This document shows, one piece after another, positions 47,604 through 58,718 of a stretch of 64,000 nt of DNA. Every line of letters begins with the position of its first letter. The first letter of the stretch is position 1. Below the pieces are notes generated by a model. The model ran no database searches and was not told where the DNA came from. It saw only the letters and a program-made list of their open reading frames with translations. The position numbers and the translations under genes were made by a program. Origin of the DNA: Actinobacteria bacterium UBA7524 (lineage in GTDB: Bacteria > Actinomycetota > Coriobacteriia > Anaerosomatales > UBA912); contig DLMY01000031.1 in NCBI GenBank assembly GCA_002478275.1, forward strand, positions 1-64,000. The letters are read 5' to 3'.

Positions 47604-48113
47604 ATGGTCGAGACGTATCGCTGCAAGAGCTGCGGGTACTTCCACGTGGGACCTGCGCCTGAAACGTGCCCCGTATGCGGGGCCCCGAAGACGATGTTCG
47701 TGGAGTACGACGGCCCGGGCGACCTTGCAGGAACGAAGACGCTGGAGAACCTCCAGGCAGCATATGCGGGTGAGTCGCAGGCCAACCGCATGTATACGCT
47801 CTTCAAGCGGATCGCCGAACTCGAAGGTGCGCCGCCGCGAGTGATAGAGGCTTTCGACCGGGCCGCTCGCGAGGAAACCGCGCATGCGCTCGGACACCTC
47901 GCCTACATGAGAGGGTACGGCGACACCGCGCAGAATCTCCGGCAAGCTGCGGCAGGCGAAGATCACGAATGCGAGGACATGTACCCGGGCTTTGCCGAGA
48001 CCGCAGAAGCTGAAGGGTTTCCGGAGATCGCCTACTACCTCCGCTCGGTCGGACGGTTCGAACGACAGCACCGCGACGAGTACCGCAAGTCCCTTGAGGA
48101 GCTCGATTCGTAG
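47604..48113 (+). CDS. Reverse rubrerythrin (N-terminal rubredoxin domain)
   Basis: CKSC..CPVC, AGESQA, EETAH, MYPGFA, ERQH. Confidence 0.9.
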   Translation: MVETYRCKSCGYFHVGPAPETCPVCGAPKTMFVEYDGPGDLAGTKTLENLQAAYAGESQANRMYTLFKRIAELEGAPPRVIEAFDRAAREETAHALGHLAYMRGYGDTAQNLRQAAAGEDHECEDMYPGFAETAEAEGFPEIAYYLRSVGRFERQHRDEYRKSLEELDS

Positions 48114-49154
48114 GTGCGAGGTCTTCCGGACAGCGTCGGCATCAAGGGTCTCGGGGGGCCCGAACTCGAGGGCCTCATGTCCGACCTGGGACAGCCCGGG
48201 TATCGCGTGAGTCAGCTGCGCGGTTGGCTCTACGGTCACGGCGTGGACTCATACGATGAGATGACGAATATGCCTACGACACTCCGTGAACGCCTGGAAC
48301 TGGTCGCCCCCCTCTACACACCAACACTCGTCACGTCCCAGACATCCGCTGTCGACGGAACCCGGAAATACCTGTGGCGTCTGGCCGACGGGAGTTCCGT
48401 GGAAAGTGTCGGTCTGCCCTCGGGCGATCGTCTGACCGTATGCTTCTCGACCCAAGCCGGATGCGCCATGGGCTGCTCGTTCTGCGCAACCGGCCACGGA
48501 GGTCTTGTGCGTGACCTCGGGCCGGGTGAGATGGTCGACCAGGTCCGGCTGACCGCACAGGATTTCGGTCGCCGGGCCACGAACGCTGTAGCCATGGGGC
48601 AAGGAGAGCCCTTCGCGAATTACGAGCACACCCTGGCTGCGCTTCGCTTCATGAACGACAAGGACGGCTTGAATATCGGGGCACGACACCTCACGGTGTC
48701 CACGTGCGGCCTCGTCGAGGGGATTCGTCGCTTTGCCGAGGAACCCGAGCAATTCACGCTCGCCATATCGCTGCACTCGGCGATTCAGGCGACGCGCGAC
48801 CGCATCATGCCCGGCGTGCGGGGACAACGGCTGGAGTCCCTGCACACCGCCATAGCCGACTATGGACAGGCCACCGGGCGTAGACCGAGTATCGAGTTCG
48901 CGCTGATCGAAGGCGTGAACGACTCAGACGACGAGCTCCGCGCTCTCGTGGAATTCTGCCGAGGGCTGCATGTGCACGTGAACCTCATCCCGGTGAACCC
49001 GGTCGAGGTCGCCAGGGTCTCGAGAAGCGATGTTGGCCGCCTGGTTGAATTCAAACGGGCGCTGGTCTCCACCGGCACCGAGGTCACGGTGCGTCAGGAA
49101 CGGGGCGTGGATATCGATGCCGCCTGCGGACAGCTGAGACAACGCCACGAGTGA
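48114..49154 (+). CDS. rlmN: 23S rRNA A2503 C2-methyltransferase
   Basis: CAMGCSFC radical SAM motif, MGQGEP, ISLH, DIDAACGQL. Confidence 0.95.
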   Translation: MRGLPDSVGIKGLGGPELEGLMSDLGQPGYRVSQLRGWLYGHGVDSYDEMTNMPTTLRERLELVAPLYTPTLVTSQTSAVDGTRKYLWRLADGSSVESVGLPSGDRLTVCFSTQAGCAMGCSFCATGHGGLVRDLGPGEMVDQVRLTAQDFGRRATNAVAMGQGEPFANYEHTLAALRFMNDKDGLNIGARHLTVSTCGLVEGIRRFAEEPEQFTLAISLHSAIQATRDRIMPGVRGQRLESLHTAIADYGQATGRRPSIEFALIEGVNDSDDELRALVEFCRGLHVHVNLIPVNPVEVARVSRSDVGRLVEFKRALVSTGTEVTVRQERGVDIDAACGQLRQRHE

Positions 49155-49178
49155 CCGGGGTGAACGTGCGGCTCGGCG

Positions 49179-52100
49179 TCAGGGTCTCCCGGTCGGGTGA
49201 CGCGGACAGACCACTCCCGCCGCAGAGCAGTTGTCGCACACTCCGCGCTTCCATACTGCGAGCGGCTCCCTCGACCCGTCCAGCATCCGCACCCAGATGT
49301 CGACAAGCCCGCCTTCAAGCGATGTGGCGTCTTCAGCGACGTATGTGAAGGTCACGGACTCGGGCTGCCCGTTGGCCGCACGCACCTGCGGTCTGATGAA
49401 GTCCAGCTCGACCTTCTCCGCCCCCGCCCGAAACGCGGCGACCGCATAGCACTCCGCCTGCAAGCGATAGCGCTCGATAGCATCGTCGACAGCACTGGTG
49501 CCGCTCTTGTAGTCGACGATCAACACTCCCGATCCCTCCCGAACGTACGCGTCCATCGCACCGACGAGAGTGAACCGAGCCCGGCGGACGCCGACATCGA
49601 CGGCGAAGGGATACTCGAACCTCGCGTCACCTACTGCGACCCTGGCCGCAAGGTCGGAGTCGATGTAGTTGTGCGCCGCAGTCACAAGGTCTGCGACACC
49701 CTCGCGTTCGAGCTCGAACATCCGCGCTATCGACGCCATCCTCTTCTCGTCAGGAAGAACGCCCGTCTCGCCATGTACGCGCAGCACCGCATGGAGAGCG
49801 GCTCCGAATGACTGCGCCGCTGGCCCGCGTGGGCGCAGAGACCCTATGCGCAAGACACGCTCGGCCCAATAGCGTCTCGGGCATGTCTCGAATGCCGCTA
49901 TGTCACTGTAGGAGAGGCGTGGCGGCGTTCCGCTGCCTTCGCCTGTGGATCGTGACACGGCGCTCGGCACAAGCCTGCCGGCCTCGCGCGACCGCCCTGT
50001 ATCATCGACGTCTTTCCGGTCGCGTACCGCAGGGCGGTTCTCTGACCGGAACCCAGCCTCGACCACTCGGCTTCGCACCACCACCCGGCTTTCGTCGCCG
50101 AACACCATGTCGGATTCACGTCCGTCGTTCTCATCGAACAGGCGCGGTATCGCCCCGCGCATCCATGCCAGTGGATTCTGACCATCGGTCGTTCCCGACC
50201 CCGTGCCACTCAGATACAGGAATTCCTGAGCCCTGGTGCACGCGACGTAGAACAGCCGCTTCTCTTCTTCGGCTTCCTCTAGTGCCCGGGCCGACCGCGT
50301 TCGGTAGATGGCCATCGAACCCAGTCGCTTTCGCTCTCTGTCCGAGAACCCTCGCCCCGCCGGAGGAGCCAGGGCGACGGCAACACGCCCCTCGTCTGCG
50401 ACCAGCATGGCCATCGCTGTGTCGCTCCTGCCCCGATCCCCGAGGCCAGCTACGGCAACGACCGGGAACTCCAGTCCTTTGACCGAATGGATACTCATGA
50501 TCCTGACAGCCGGGATCTTCTCATCCGAAAGCGCCGCCGGAGTCTCATGCTCCCCCAGCCGGTCCTTGGCGTCGACATGCCGGACGAAAGCGGCGAATCC
50601 CGCCCCTCCCTGGTCCTCGAATGCATCTGCCATGCGCAGGAACTTGAGGATGTTGGCCATCGCAGCGCGGCCATCGTTCTCCTCGGCAAGTAAGACCGGA
50701 ACTGCTCCCGTGCGCTCGAGCGTCCGCATGAGGACCTCCGAGAGTCTGGCGCGCCCGACATACCCCTGTGCATGCGTGATCGCATCCACCAATCTGGTGG
50801 CCTCCTCGGCCTGCGAAGGTTCGAGGAACACCCGTGCGTCGCTCAACGCATCCCACAGTGAGCTCGCGAGCTTCTCTCGAACCCGCAGACCGACGCGAAA
50901 CAGCGAGCTGTCAGACAGCCCGCTGGCCGGAGACAGCGCCAGAGCAAGCAGCCCATCATCGTCGCGCGGATTGACCATGACGCGGACCAGTGCCCTCATC
51001 ATGTCCGTTTCCGGTAGCCCGAAGAACCTCCGCCCGCCGATGATGGCCACGTCGAACCCCTGTTTCCGCAGCGCATCGGCGTAAACCCCCGCGTGCGTAT
51101 AACGGCGAACCAGCACGACCATGTCGGACGGGTTGATTCCCCGCGCATCCCTCAGCTGTGCGAAACGCTCCGACAGCAGCGCAGCCTCGGTAGCTCGCGC
51201 CTCACGCCCTTCACCCCTCCCTGCCCGAACGAGGGTCAGATGTACGCGGGGTTCTCCCTCCGGCAGAAACGGTGGTTGCGGCTCGCCCCTTCCGTGAGCC
51301 AGTGGAACGAACNNNNNNNNNNNNNNNNNNNNNNNNNNNNNNNNNNNNNNNNNNNNNNNNNNNNNNNNNNNNNNNNNNNNNNNNNNNNNNNNNNNNNNNN
51401 NNNNNNNNNNNNNNNNNNNNNNNNNNNNNNNNNNNNNNNGGAACGAACGAGTCACCGAACAGCTCGGGGCGACCGAACAACTCATTGGAGAAACCCAGCA
51501 CATCCGGGTGGGACCGATAGTTTCGGAACAGCTCTATCCTGGCCGCGCCCCTGTCGGTCATCCTCTCGTTGTGGGCTCGGTAGACTCCTACGTCTGCTCC
51601 ACGGAAACCATATATCGCCTGTCGTTCGTCCCCGACCGTACAGAGGTCCTCTCCGGCAAGAGCGGAGACGATCGCCAGCTGAACAGCGTCTGTATCCTGG
51701 AATTCATCGACCATGGTCAGCGCGAAGCTGGCGGCGCATGCGCTGAGGATCTCCGGATCCGCCTCGATAAGACCGAGCAGACGAAGCTGCAGGTCGTCGA
51801 AGTCGACCACCCCGGCTGCTCCCTTCCTGTGATCGTACTCGCACAGATACGTTCTGAGCAGTTGTACGAACGCAGAGGCCTCTCGAACCGTGGCCGCCTC
51901 GAGGGCTGAAGCGGCAAGCCGGTCCCGTTCAGTCGACAGGGACCGAGTGGCGGCCTCAGCCGCTGCCGCGAGTCTCCCTCCTATCGTGTCAGACAGCAGT
52001 ATCTCCGCCGTAGAGCTGGCGAGCAGCTCGGCACTATCCGCGGTGGCCGAGAGATCCCTCAGCGCATGCAACGTCTCGTTCGCGGCAGCCAGGTTTCCCA

Positions 52101-52749
52101 ATGTGGACTTCGCGTCTCCGCAATCCTGTAGCTCGCTGATGCCTTGAGCGTACACTCGCATGGCATCTTGGAGGATCGCTCCGGGCTCTCGCGTGGAAAC
52201 CGGTCTGATACCGGCAACGTCCATCCCGGCCGACCTGATAGCGCTTTCGATGCCCCTGCATGTCTTGTAGAGCTGTCCGTAGTCCCACGAAGAGAAGAGC
52301 CTCTCTCCCTCCTCGGTACGGACAACCACCCGGGCCGCCGCCTCGAAACTCCGCTCGCGCATCAAGCCCGTCTGCACCGTGTCGGCTACCGAAAGGTTCG
52401 GGTCCAGCCCTGCCTCGAACCAGTGCCTGCGCAATAGACGGCTGCACAATCCGTGTATGGTAGAGATCCATGCTCCGTCGATCCTGCGTGCTTCTTCTGC
52501 ACGTCCCCTTGCCCTCAACAACGTGCGAACGCGCTCAGCCAGCTCTCCTGCAGCGGCATCGGTGAACGTGATCGCTGCGACCTGGTCCGGTGACAGCGGT
52601 TCCCATCCGCTGGCTTCACAGCCAGCCACCGCGTTCACAAACCGCTCGGCCAGGGTGCGCGTCTTTCCCGATCCCGCACCCGCACCGATGAGCACGGGGC
52701 CTCGCAGGGTTTCAGCAGCGCGCTTCTGCTCCGGATTGAGGCCACTCAC
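49179..52749 (-). CDS. addA: UvrD-type helicase-nuclease subunit A (spans gap 51313-51439)
   Basis: AGAGSGKT, VDEFQD, GDERQAIYGFRGA, NYRS, HSVKGLEF, YVACTRA, DYKS nuclease. Confidence 0.88.
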
Positions 52750-55550
52750 ACGATCACCGCCTCGGGACAGGATCCACTCAGTACACAGTATCTGCACCCT
52801 TCCACGCTTCCCCGCCGCTCTATCCGTCCGGCTCGGATGCCGTCCACTGCGTGACGGGCCATCTCGCCGGCACTGGCGATCAGCTCCCGGATCCCATCGG
52901 CAGACATGGCGTCCGCACTGCAGCCTCGACGCCCCGACTCGAGTTCGCCTTCAAGCCAGAAGCCCCTGACCTTCAAAGACTTCATCGACCGATACAGGCC
53001 GCCCGCCACCGGCACGCCGAGGAGATCAGACGCCACCGACGCGTACATTGGCAGCTGCAGGAGCGAGTGGGAGAGTAACCCTTCGCCCCCTTTGAGGTCT
53101 GTGGACGATTTGTAGTCCGTGACGAGGATTCCTGCGGGGCCCGTGTCCAGACGGTCAATGCTCCCTGCAACGGGAATCCCGGCGAACTCCACCGGCCGTC
53201 CAGCGACCGTCCCGAAGCGCCATTCGTGCTCGACAGGCACGTACTCTGGCAGGAACGACACGTCATCATTGACGATGTTCTGTGCCCAACGCGTGGCGAC
53301 CGCGCAAGCGAGCTCCTCCTCCATGCCCAGGGCGTCGATATCCGCTTCTTCGGCCACCTCTGCCGCAAGGCGTTCGATGAGTGCCCTCGCCGAACCCATT
53401 GACTCCTCGGTCACTCGCAAGCTTCCCTGCTCTTCATGCCATCTGCGGTAGAAGCGGGCCAGTATCGCGTGGGCACGCCTTCCCCTTTCGCGGACATCAA
53501 GCAGACGATCGATCTCTTGTGGACTGACCGCATACCCGACGAACCACAGATAGGGACATTTCAAGTAGACCTCGAGTTCTGAGACGGAGAACTCCCGCTC
53601 GGCCTCGAGCAAAGATGCGGTCGCCTCATCCAGTACCCCTCGTTCGGGTCGGAAGGGAGGTTCGGAGACGACCTGCGGATGTGGCCCTGTCCGCTCGTAC
53701 GAAGACACTACCCGTTCCATGTCCCACATTCCGAGACGAACCCGGCGAAGCCCTGGGATCGCACCACCTCCGGGCTCGTGCTCTTTTACCCCGGAGTATG
53801 CGTCGACGACCTCGTCCCAGAACACCGACGGCCTCACGGGTGCTCCTGAGGAATCGCTGCTCTGTCGAAGAAGCACGAGACGCCTTCGCGGCCGGGTCGC
53901 TACCGAGTAGAAGAGCAGCCTCTCTGTCAGCCTTGAGTCTACGCTCTCGCCAGCGCCAAGCTCTCGTAAGAGCCGCTCGCTGGCAGGCTCTATGCCTTCC
54001 GAGGAGAACTCTGCCGCAGAGAGACCCCCGACTATCACAATGTCGAAGCGTCTGGACTGCAGTCTGTGCGCTTCCGTGATCTGTACAGCGCCTGACTCGT
54101 TCCCCCCACCAGGAGCGACCCTGGTGGATCGCAAAGCTGCCACAAGCGCCGACTGCGAGATTCCCCCTCCCGCATCCAGCAGCTGATCGACGACCTCGAT
54201 CAGGGTGCAGTGAGCTGCCGCGTCAACGCGGCCCTCGTGGGACTCAAGCCCTGTACGGGACTCCACCTGCGCCAGGAGTCTGTTCGCGATCTCTACGACG
54301 CTCACGCCGGTGTTCTCGGCATCAGGGCCTTCCCGACATATCTGCCGGGCCAACGACAACACATGTCTGGTGGTCTCATCGGCCGCATCCAGGACCGATC
54401 CGAGCAACGCGTCACCATCCAAGCGACGCCTCCGCCACAGCACGTCCAAGGAACCCAGGTCGGGACCGGACAAACGGCAGTATGGCGATGCCGCATATCC
54501 CATAAGAGGCTCTCTCGTACCGGTTGCAGTCCCGACGGCCTCGAGCAGAGAGAGAAACGCCCTCCCGAACCCAGTGGCCTCGAACCTGTACGACACGTCG
54601 ATGTCAGCGAGGAGATTCCGCGAGGCGAGTGCTGCCGACAGCGCTGCAGCCCTCGCCTCCCCTCGCCTGAAGACCACTGCGACACGCTCCGGGTCGATGC
54701 CTTCAGACACGGCCTCCAACGCCAGATCGGCCGCCAGGGCGATCTCTGCCTCTGGGCCACCGGCTTCTGCGAGCACAAGACTCTCCGCACTCGGGATCGG
54801 CTCGCCTGGCCGGAAGAGACGGTCTTCAAGTATCTCCAGTTCGCTCCTCCTGGCCGGACAAGCCACTCTGTGATGGACCTTCGCTATCGTGCCGAGACGG
54901 CCGACCAGCGGATCGAGTGCCTCGCTGGCCGGGAACCCCTCCTCCCATGGCAGCGCTACGCTCACTTCATTCCTCACCGCCAGGGCAGTGACCAGGAGCT
55001 CCTGCGCGGCGGTCAGTCCGGTGAACCTGTTGAGCACCAGCGGACCCTCAAGCGTGGTGATCGTCTCGGACAAGACTCGTGCCGCCTCGCCACGCTCGAC
55101 AAGGCCCAGACCCGTGCACGCGGTCTTATACTCCTTGATCAGCTCATGTATCTCGTGTGCCAGGCGGCCGGCCGGACTGAGGCTCTCCCTTACGGCTACG
55201 GAGATGGCAATATCTGCCAGCATCTCGGCGAGTCCCGGCCTTCCCACCAACAGCTCGGGTCGGGCGCGTTCTAGGATCTTGCGGATCAAAGACAGGCGGG
55301 GGTTTCCGCCGATAAGCCGGCGTCCATCCCCGTGCACAAGCCACAGATCATCCATCCACAGCTCGAAGGTGCCGACCCACACTCCCACGAGACCCCGTTC
55401 GGCGAACTCGGCGATAGCCCTGTGAGAATCAGGCGCTGTGGGCAAGAGCAGGGTCGGGACAAGCCCTGCTCGACAGGCATCCTCGATCGTCTCTCCGATG
55501 AACCGGGACTTGCCTGCATGTGCTCGTCCGGTTATGAGTGTCAGCGCCAT
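52746..55550 (-). CDS. addB: AddB-like subunit with PD-(D/E)XK nuclease
   Basis: GRAHAGKS, CPY, GSIDRLD..DYKS, LQLPMY, CRYC..C. Confidence 0.85.
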   Translation of the reverse strand: MALTLITGRAHAGKSRFIGETIEDACRAGLVPTLLLPTAPDSHRAIAEFAERGLVGVWVGTFELWMDDLWLVHGDGRRLIGGNPRLSLIRKILERARPELLVGRPGLAEMLADIAISVAVRESLSPAGRLAHEIHELIKEYKTACTGLGLVERGEAARVLSETITTLEGPLVLNRFTGLTAAQELLVTALAVRNEVSVALPWEEGFPASEALDPLVGRLGTIAKVHHRVACPARRSELEILEDRLFRPGEPIPSAESLVLAEAGGPEAEIALAADLALEAVSEGIDPERVAVVFRRGEARAAALSAALASRNLLADIDVSYRFEATGFGRAFLSLLEAVGTATGTREPLMGYAASPYCRLSGPDLGSLDVLWRRRRLDGDALLGSVLDAADETTRHVLSLARQICREGPDAENTGVSVVEIANRLLAQVESRTGLESHEGRVDAAAHCTLIEVVDQLLDAGGGISQSALVAALRSTRVAPGGGNESGAVQITEAHRLQSRRFDIVIVGGLSAAEFSSEGIEPASERLLRELGAGESVDSRLTERLLFYSVATRPRRRLVLLRQSSDSSGAPVRPSVFWDEVVDAYSGVKEHEPGGGAIPGLRRVRLGMWDMERVVSSYERTGPHPQVVSEPPFRPERGVLDEATASLLEAEREFSVSELEVYLKCPYLWFVGYAVSPQEIDRLLDVRERGRRAHAILARFYRRWHEEQGSLRVTEESMGSARALIERLAAEVAEEADIDALGMEEELACAVATRWAQNIVNDDVSFLPEYVPVEHEWRFGTVAGRPVEFAGIPVAGSIDRLDTGPAGILVTDYKSSTDLKGGEGLLSHSLLQLPMYASVASDLLGVPVAGGLYRSMKSLKVRGFWLEGELESGRRGCSADAMSADGIRELIASAGEMARHAVDGIRAGRIERRGSVEGCRYCVLSGSCPEAVIV

Positions 55551-55572
55551 GGATCACACCTCTTCCATTGGC

Positions 55573-55594
55573 AGCCTGACACAGCGGTCTGACA
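55573..55594 (-). promoter_or_regulatory. PafBC-type promoter of addBA
   Basis: TGTCAG-N10-CAGGCT about 22 bp before the addB ATG. Confidence 0.6.
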
Positions 55595-55600
55595 TGACCC

Positions 55601-55900
55601 CTAGGTGGAGGCCTGCGCGCGAGTGTAGCGCTGGACCTCATCTCTGATCTCGCGGACCTTCCGCCAGGCCAACTCCTCATCGCGTCCGAGGTAGTGCTCC
55701 ACCCTCCCGCCGATCAGCTCCGCTGCATGTTCCGCTCGCGCTGCGACTGCCCGGGCGGTCTCGGCAGCCCTCAGTGCCTCATCGGCAAGCCTCCGGCGCG
55801 TCTTGGCTCCGCTCGAAGGAGCGAACAGGAGCCCCAGGACCACGCCGGCTACGAGCCCGGTCACGGCGCCGATGATGAAATACTCCGCACGCTGCCGCAC
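55601..55900 (-). CDS. YtxH-domain protein
   Basis: FIIGA..GLLFAPSSGAKTRRRL. Confidence 0.85.
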   Translation of the reverse strand: MRQRAEYFIIGAVTGLVAGVVLGLLFAPSSGAKTRRRLADEALRAAETARAVAARAEHAAELIGGRVEHYLGRDEELAWRKVREIRDEVQRYTRAQAST

Positions 55901-56775
55901 TACTCTCCACCTCCGGAGTCTTCAAGGGCGTTACCCTCGGTCAACTGACGGAAGATCCTCTCGAGGTCTTCCTCGCCGTGGAACTCGATCTCAATCTTGC
56001 CCTTCGTAGCGGTCTGTTTGACACGGACACTCGTGCCCAACACAAGGCGCAGTTTCCGAGCCACCACTTTGAATGACTTCGGAGTGGCCGGCCGAGGAGC
56101 CCTCTCCCCTTGCCCGGCCGCGTAGAGGCGCGCCAGGTTCTCCGCTTCGCGTACCGACAGACCCTCAGAGGCAAGCTTGGAAGCCAACTTCACGCGAAGC
56201 GCGTCATCCGGCAACGAGAGCACCGCTCGAGCATGGCCAGCCGACAGGCGGCCTTCGTAGACGAGGTCCTGAACCTCTTCGGGCAGGTCAAGCAGACGCA
56301 AAGCGTTGGTGACCGCGGACCGGGACTTGCTCACCTTGTCCGCGAGTTCTGCCTGCGTCATCTGGTGTTCGGTCAGCAACCTTCGATATCCCCTGGCTTC
56401 TTCGATCGCGTTGAGGTCCTCACGCTGAAGATTCTCGATGAGAGCCAGCTCGAGCGACTCCATCTCACTCACTCCCAATATGCGAACGGGTACTCGCTCC
56501 ATACCCACCGCACAAGCGGCACGCCAACGCCGCTCACCTGCGATTATCTGGTAACCCTCACCATGAGGTCTGACGATCACGGGCTGCAGCAGTCCGACCT
56601 TCTTGATCGAGTCGGCCAATTCCGCGATCCCGTCCTCATCCATGTCCGTCCGCGGCTGTTTGGGATTAGGCTCTATCATCCCAACGGGAAGCTCATGTTC
56701 CTGACCCTGCTCTTCTTGACCTGCATTCGGGATCAGAGCTGACAGGCCTCGACCGAGTCCGCGCTTGTTAGACAC
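55900..56775 (-). CDS. parB: Chromosome partitioning protein ParB
   Basis: GLGRGL, IIAGERRWRA, ENLQREDL, HTH. Confidence 0.96.
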   Translation of the reverse strand: MSNKRGLGRGLSALIPNAGQEEQGQEHELPVGMIEPNPKQPRTDMDEDGIAELADSIKKVGLLQPVIVRPHGEGYQIIAGERRWRAACAVGMERVPVRILGVSEMESLELALIENLQREDLNAIEEARGYRRLLTEHQMTQAELADKVSKSRSAVTNALRLLDLPEEVQDLVYEGRLSAGHARAVLSLPDDALRVKLASKLASEGLSVREAENLARLYAAGQGERAPRPATPKSFKVVARKLRLVLGTSVRVKQTATKGKIEIEFHGEEDLERIFRQLTEGNALEDSGGGE

Positions 56776-57568
56776 GAGACACCACTTCCTTAGCTAGGCT
56801 CCTGTATGCTGCGGCCCCCTTGCCCAAGGGGTCGTAGAGAGTGATCGGTTGTCCGAAGCTGGGAGACTCAGAAAGCCGCACCGTGCGAGGTATCAGCGTC
56901 TCGAACACCCTGTCCTCGAAGAAGTCCCTTACTTCCTCGACCACCTGCTGAGAAAGACGGGTTCTTGAATCGTACATCGTCATCGCCACTCCGAAGACTT
57001 CAAGATTCGCGTTGAGGTGTGACCGAACCAGCCGGACGCTGTCAAGCAATTTGGAAAGACCTTCCAATGCATAGTACTCGCATTGGATGGGGATGATCAG
57101 GCCCCCTGCGGCCGTGAGCGCATTGATGGTCAACAGTCCAAGTGAGGGCGGGCAGTCGATGATCACAAACTCGAAATCGCCCAGCACCGGCGCAAGGACA
57201 TTCTTGAGACGATTCTCGCGGCTAAGCGCTGATACCAGCTCGATCTCGGCACCTGCAAGCTGAATGGTTGCGGGTACTACGAACACATGTTCGATTTCGA
57301 CGGGCTCGATCAGCGCCTCCAGTGGCACATCGCTCAGGAGCGCATCGTACACGCACTCACTTCGCTGCGACCTGTTAAGTCCATATCCTGACGTAGCGTT
57401 TCCTTGCGGATCGAGATCCAGCAGCAGAGTCTTGTGCCCGAGCTCGCCCAAGCATGCCGAGAGATTGACAGCGGTGGTGCTCTTGCCGACGCCGCCCTTC
57501 TGGTTCACCACTGCGAACACCCTGGCCTGGCCGGGTGAATGAACGTTTTCGAAGGTCTCGACCACCAC
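56768..57568 (-). CDS. parA: Chromosome partitioning ATPase ParA/Soj
   Basis: NQKGGVGKST, DLDPQGN, DCPPSLG. Confidence 0.96.
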   Translation of the reverse strand: MVVETFENVHSPGQARVFAVVNQKGGVGKSTTAVNLSACLGELGHKTLLLDLDPQGNATSGYGLNRSQRSECVYDALLSDVPLEALIEPVEIEHVFVVPATIQLAGAEIELVSALSRENRLKNVLAPVLGDFEFVIIDCPPSLGLLTINALTAAGGLIIPIQCEYYALEGLSKLLDSVRLVRSHLNANLEVFGVAMTMYDSRTRLSQQVVEEVRDFFEDRVFETLIPRTVRLSESPSFGQPITLYDPLGKGAAAYRSLAKEVVSRV

Positions 57569-57602
57569 GCCCCTCCTCAGGTCAGTGCCCAGAATCGCCC
57601 CG

Positions 57603-57630
57603 ATTATAGGGCATCGAGCCGCAATCGCAA
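57603..57630 (-). promoter_or_regulatory. sigmaA promoter of parAB
   Basis: TTGCGA-N16-TATAAT. Confidence 0.6.
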
Positions 57631-57659
57631 AGGATCACTCTCTGCGAACTTCACCGGAC

Positions 57660-58424
57660 TCATCGAGTCCCAAGGGGTCTCTTCTTGGCCATGCCGGTCC
57701 TCCTTGGAAGGTTGACCGGCGTGTCACCGACCTTCCGGTACACGATCACACTGCGTCGTTCCGGTCCGCCGGGCAGCGCGTAGTCGAGACGCGCCTCTCG
57801 ACTCATAGCACACAAGGCTGCCGCCCGATCCCCCGAGCTAAGCTCCAGCTGCTCGACCTGTGCCTTCATGCAGTAGAGCAACCCATCCCGTTGAAGGAGT
57901 GGGGACGAGAGCTCGACGAGGGTAGGCAATGATGCGACCGCGCGTGCAAGTACCCCGCTCATGAGGTACTCTCCGGACCGCGCCGCGTCTTCGGCGCGTG
58001 CATTGACGACACTGACCGAGTCACTCAGACCCAATTCCCGGACCGCGCTCGACAAGAAGTCGGTCTTCTTCCTGGTCGAATCCATCAGCACGCAGTCGAC
58101 CGCGGCTGCGACAGAAACGGGGATTCCCGGGAATCCGGCCCCTGTACCGAGGTCCAGCAGCTTGCCATCAGGTCGTTCGAACTCACTAATGGCAGGGACG
58201 ACGCAGAGTGAGTCGACCACGTGAAGACGCAGGGCTTCGGCTCGCTCAGTGACGGCCGTGAGGTTCACCGACTCATTGTGGGACAGAACCAGATCCAGGT
58301 GTCTCAGTAACAACGCGGAATCGTCACCCGACAAGGGTACGCCACAGGACGCGCAAAGAGCCTGCAGCCGCTCGACGCTGTAGCTGTTGGTCTGGATTCT
58401 TTGTGGTTTCACGTGAAACATCAT
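57660..58424 (-). CDS. rsmG: 16S rRNA m7G527 methyltransferase; start uncertain
   Basis: NLTA, HVVDS, DLGTGAGFPG, ARAV. Confidence 0.93.
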   Translation of the reverse strand: MMFHVKPQRIQTNSYSVERLQALCASCGVPLSGDDSALLLRHLDLVLSHNESVNLTAVTERAEALRLHVVDSLCVVPAISEFERPDGKLLDLGTGAGFPGIPVSVAAAVDCVLMDSTRKKTDFLSSAVRELGLSDSVSVVNARAEDAARSGEYLMSGVLARAVASLPTLVELSSPLLQRDGLLYCMKAQVEQLELSSGDRAAALCAMSREARLDYALPGGPERRSVIVYRKVGDTPVNLPRRTGMAKKRPLGTR

Positions 58425-58583
58425 ACCCGTACACTGGCTGCCACAACAGCCCCAGCCCACCCGTCAAGACAACAGATCACGCGCATCGCCCCGGATCGCG
58501 CGTGCTGCATCAGGTTCGCGTGTTTCACGTGAAACACATGGGGCGTGAGGGGCTCGTGCGATTTCAGGGTTTCACGTGAAACG
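58405..58583. promoter_or_regulatory. Three parS centromere-like sites
   Basis: GTTTCACGTGAAAC at 58406-58419, 58522-58535 and 58569-58582. Confidence 0.93.
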
Positions 58584-58664
58584 CCGCGCTAGACCGCGGA
58601 GGAATGTCACGAACCCCTGGCCCACGGAATCTTGGCAGACTGCCGGATTGAGCGCTTGAATCAC

Positions 58665-58695
58665 AGAAAAGGAAGGGCCCCTTGTGGGGCCCTTC
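58665..58695 (-). terminator. Intrinsic terminator after jag
   Basis: GAAGGGCCCC-ACAA-GGGGCCCTTC followed by CTTTTCT. Confidence 0.8.
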
Positions 58696-58718
58696 AAAGT
58701 CGACTGCGAGAATTCCGG

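Noticed and set aside
51313..51439. addA split into two ORFs
   Set aside because: GGAACGAAC flanks both sides of the gap; artefact.
58405..58583. CRISPR-like repeats
   Set aside because: These are 14-16-bp palindromic parS sites with irregular spacing and no cas genes.
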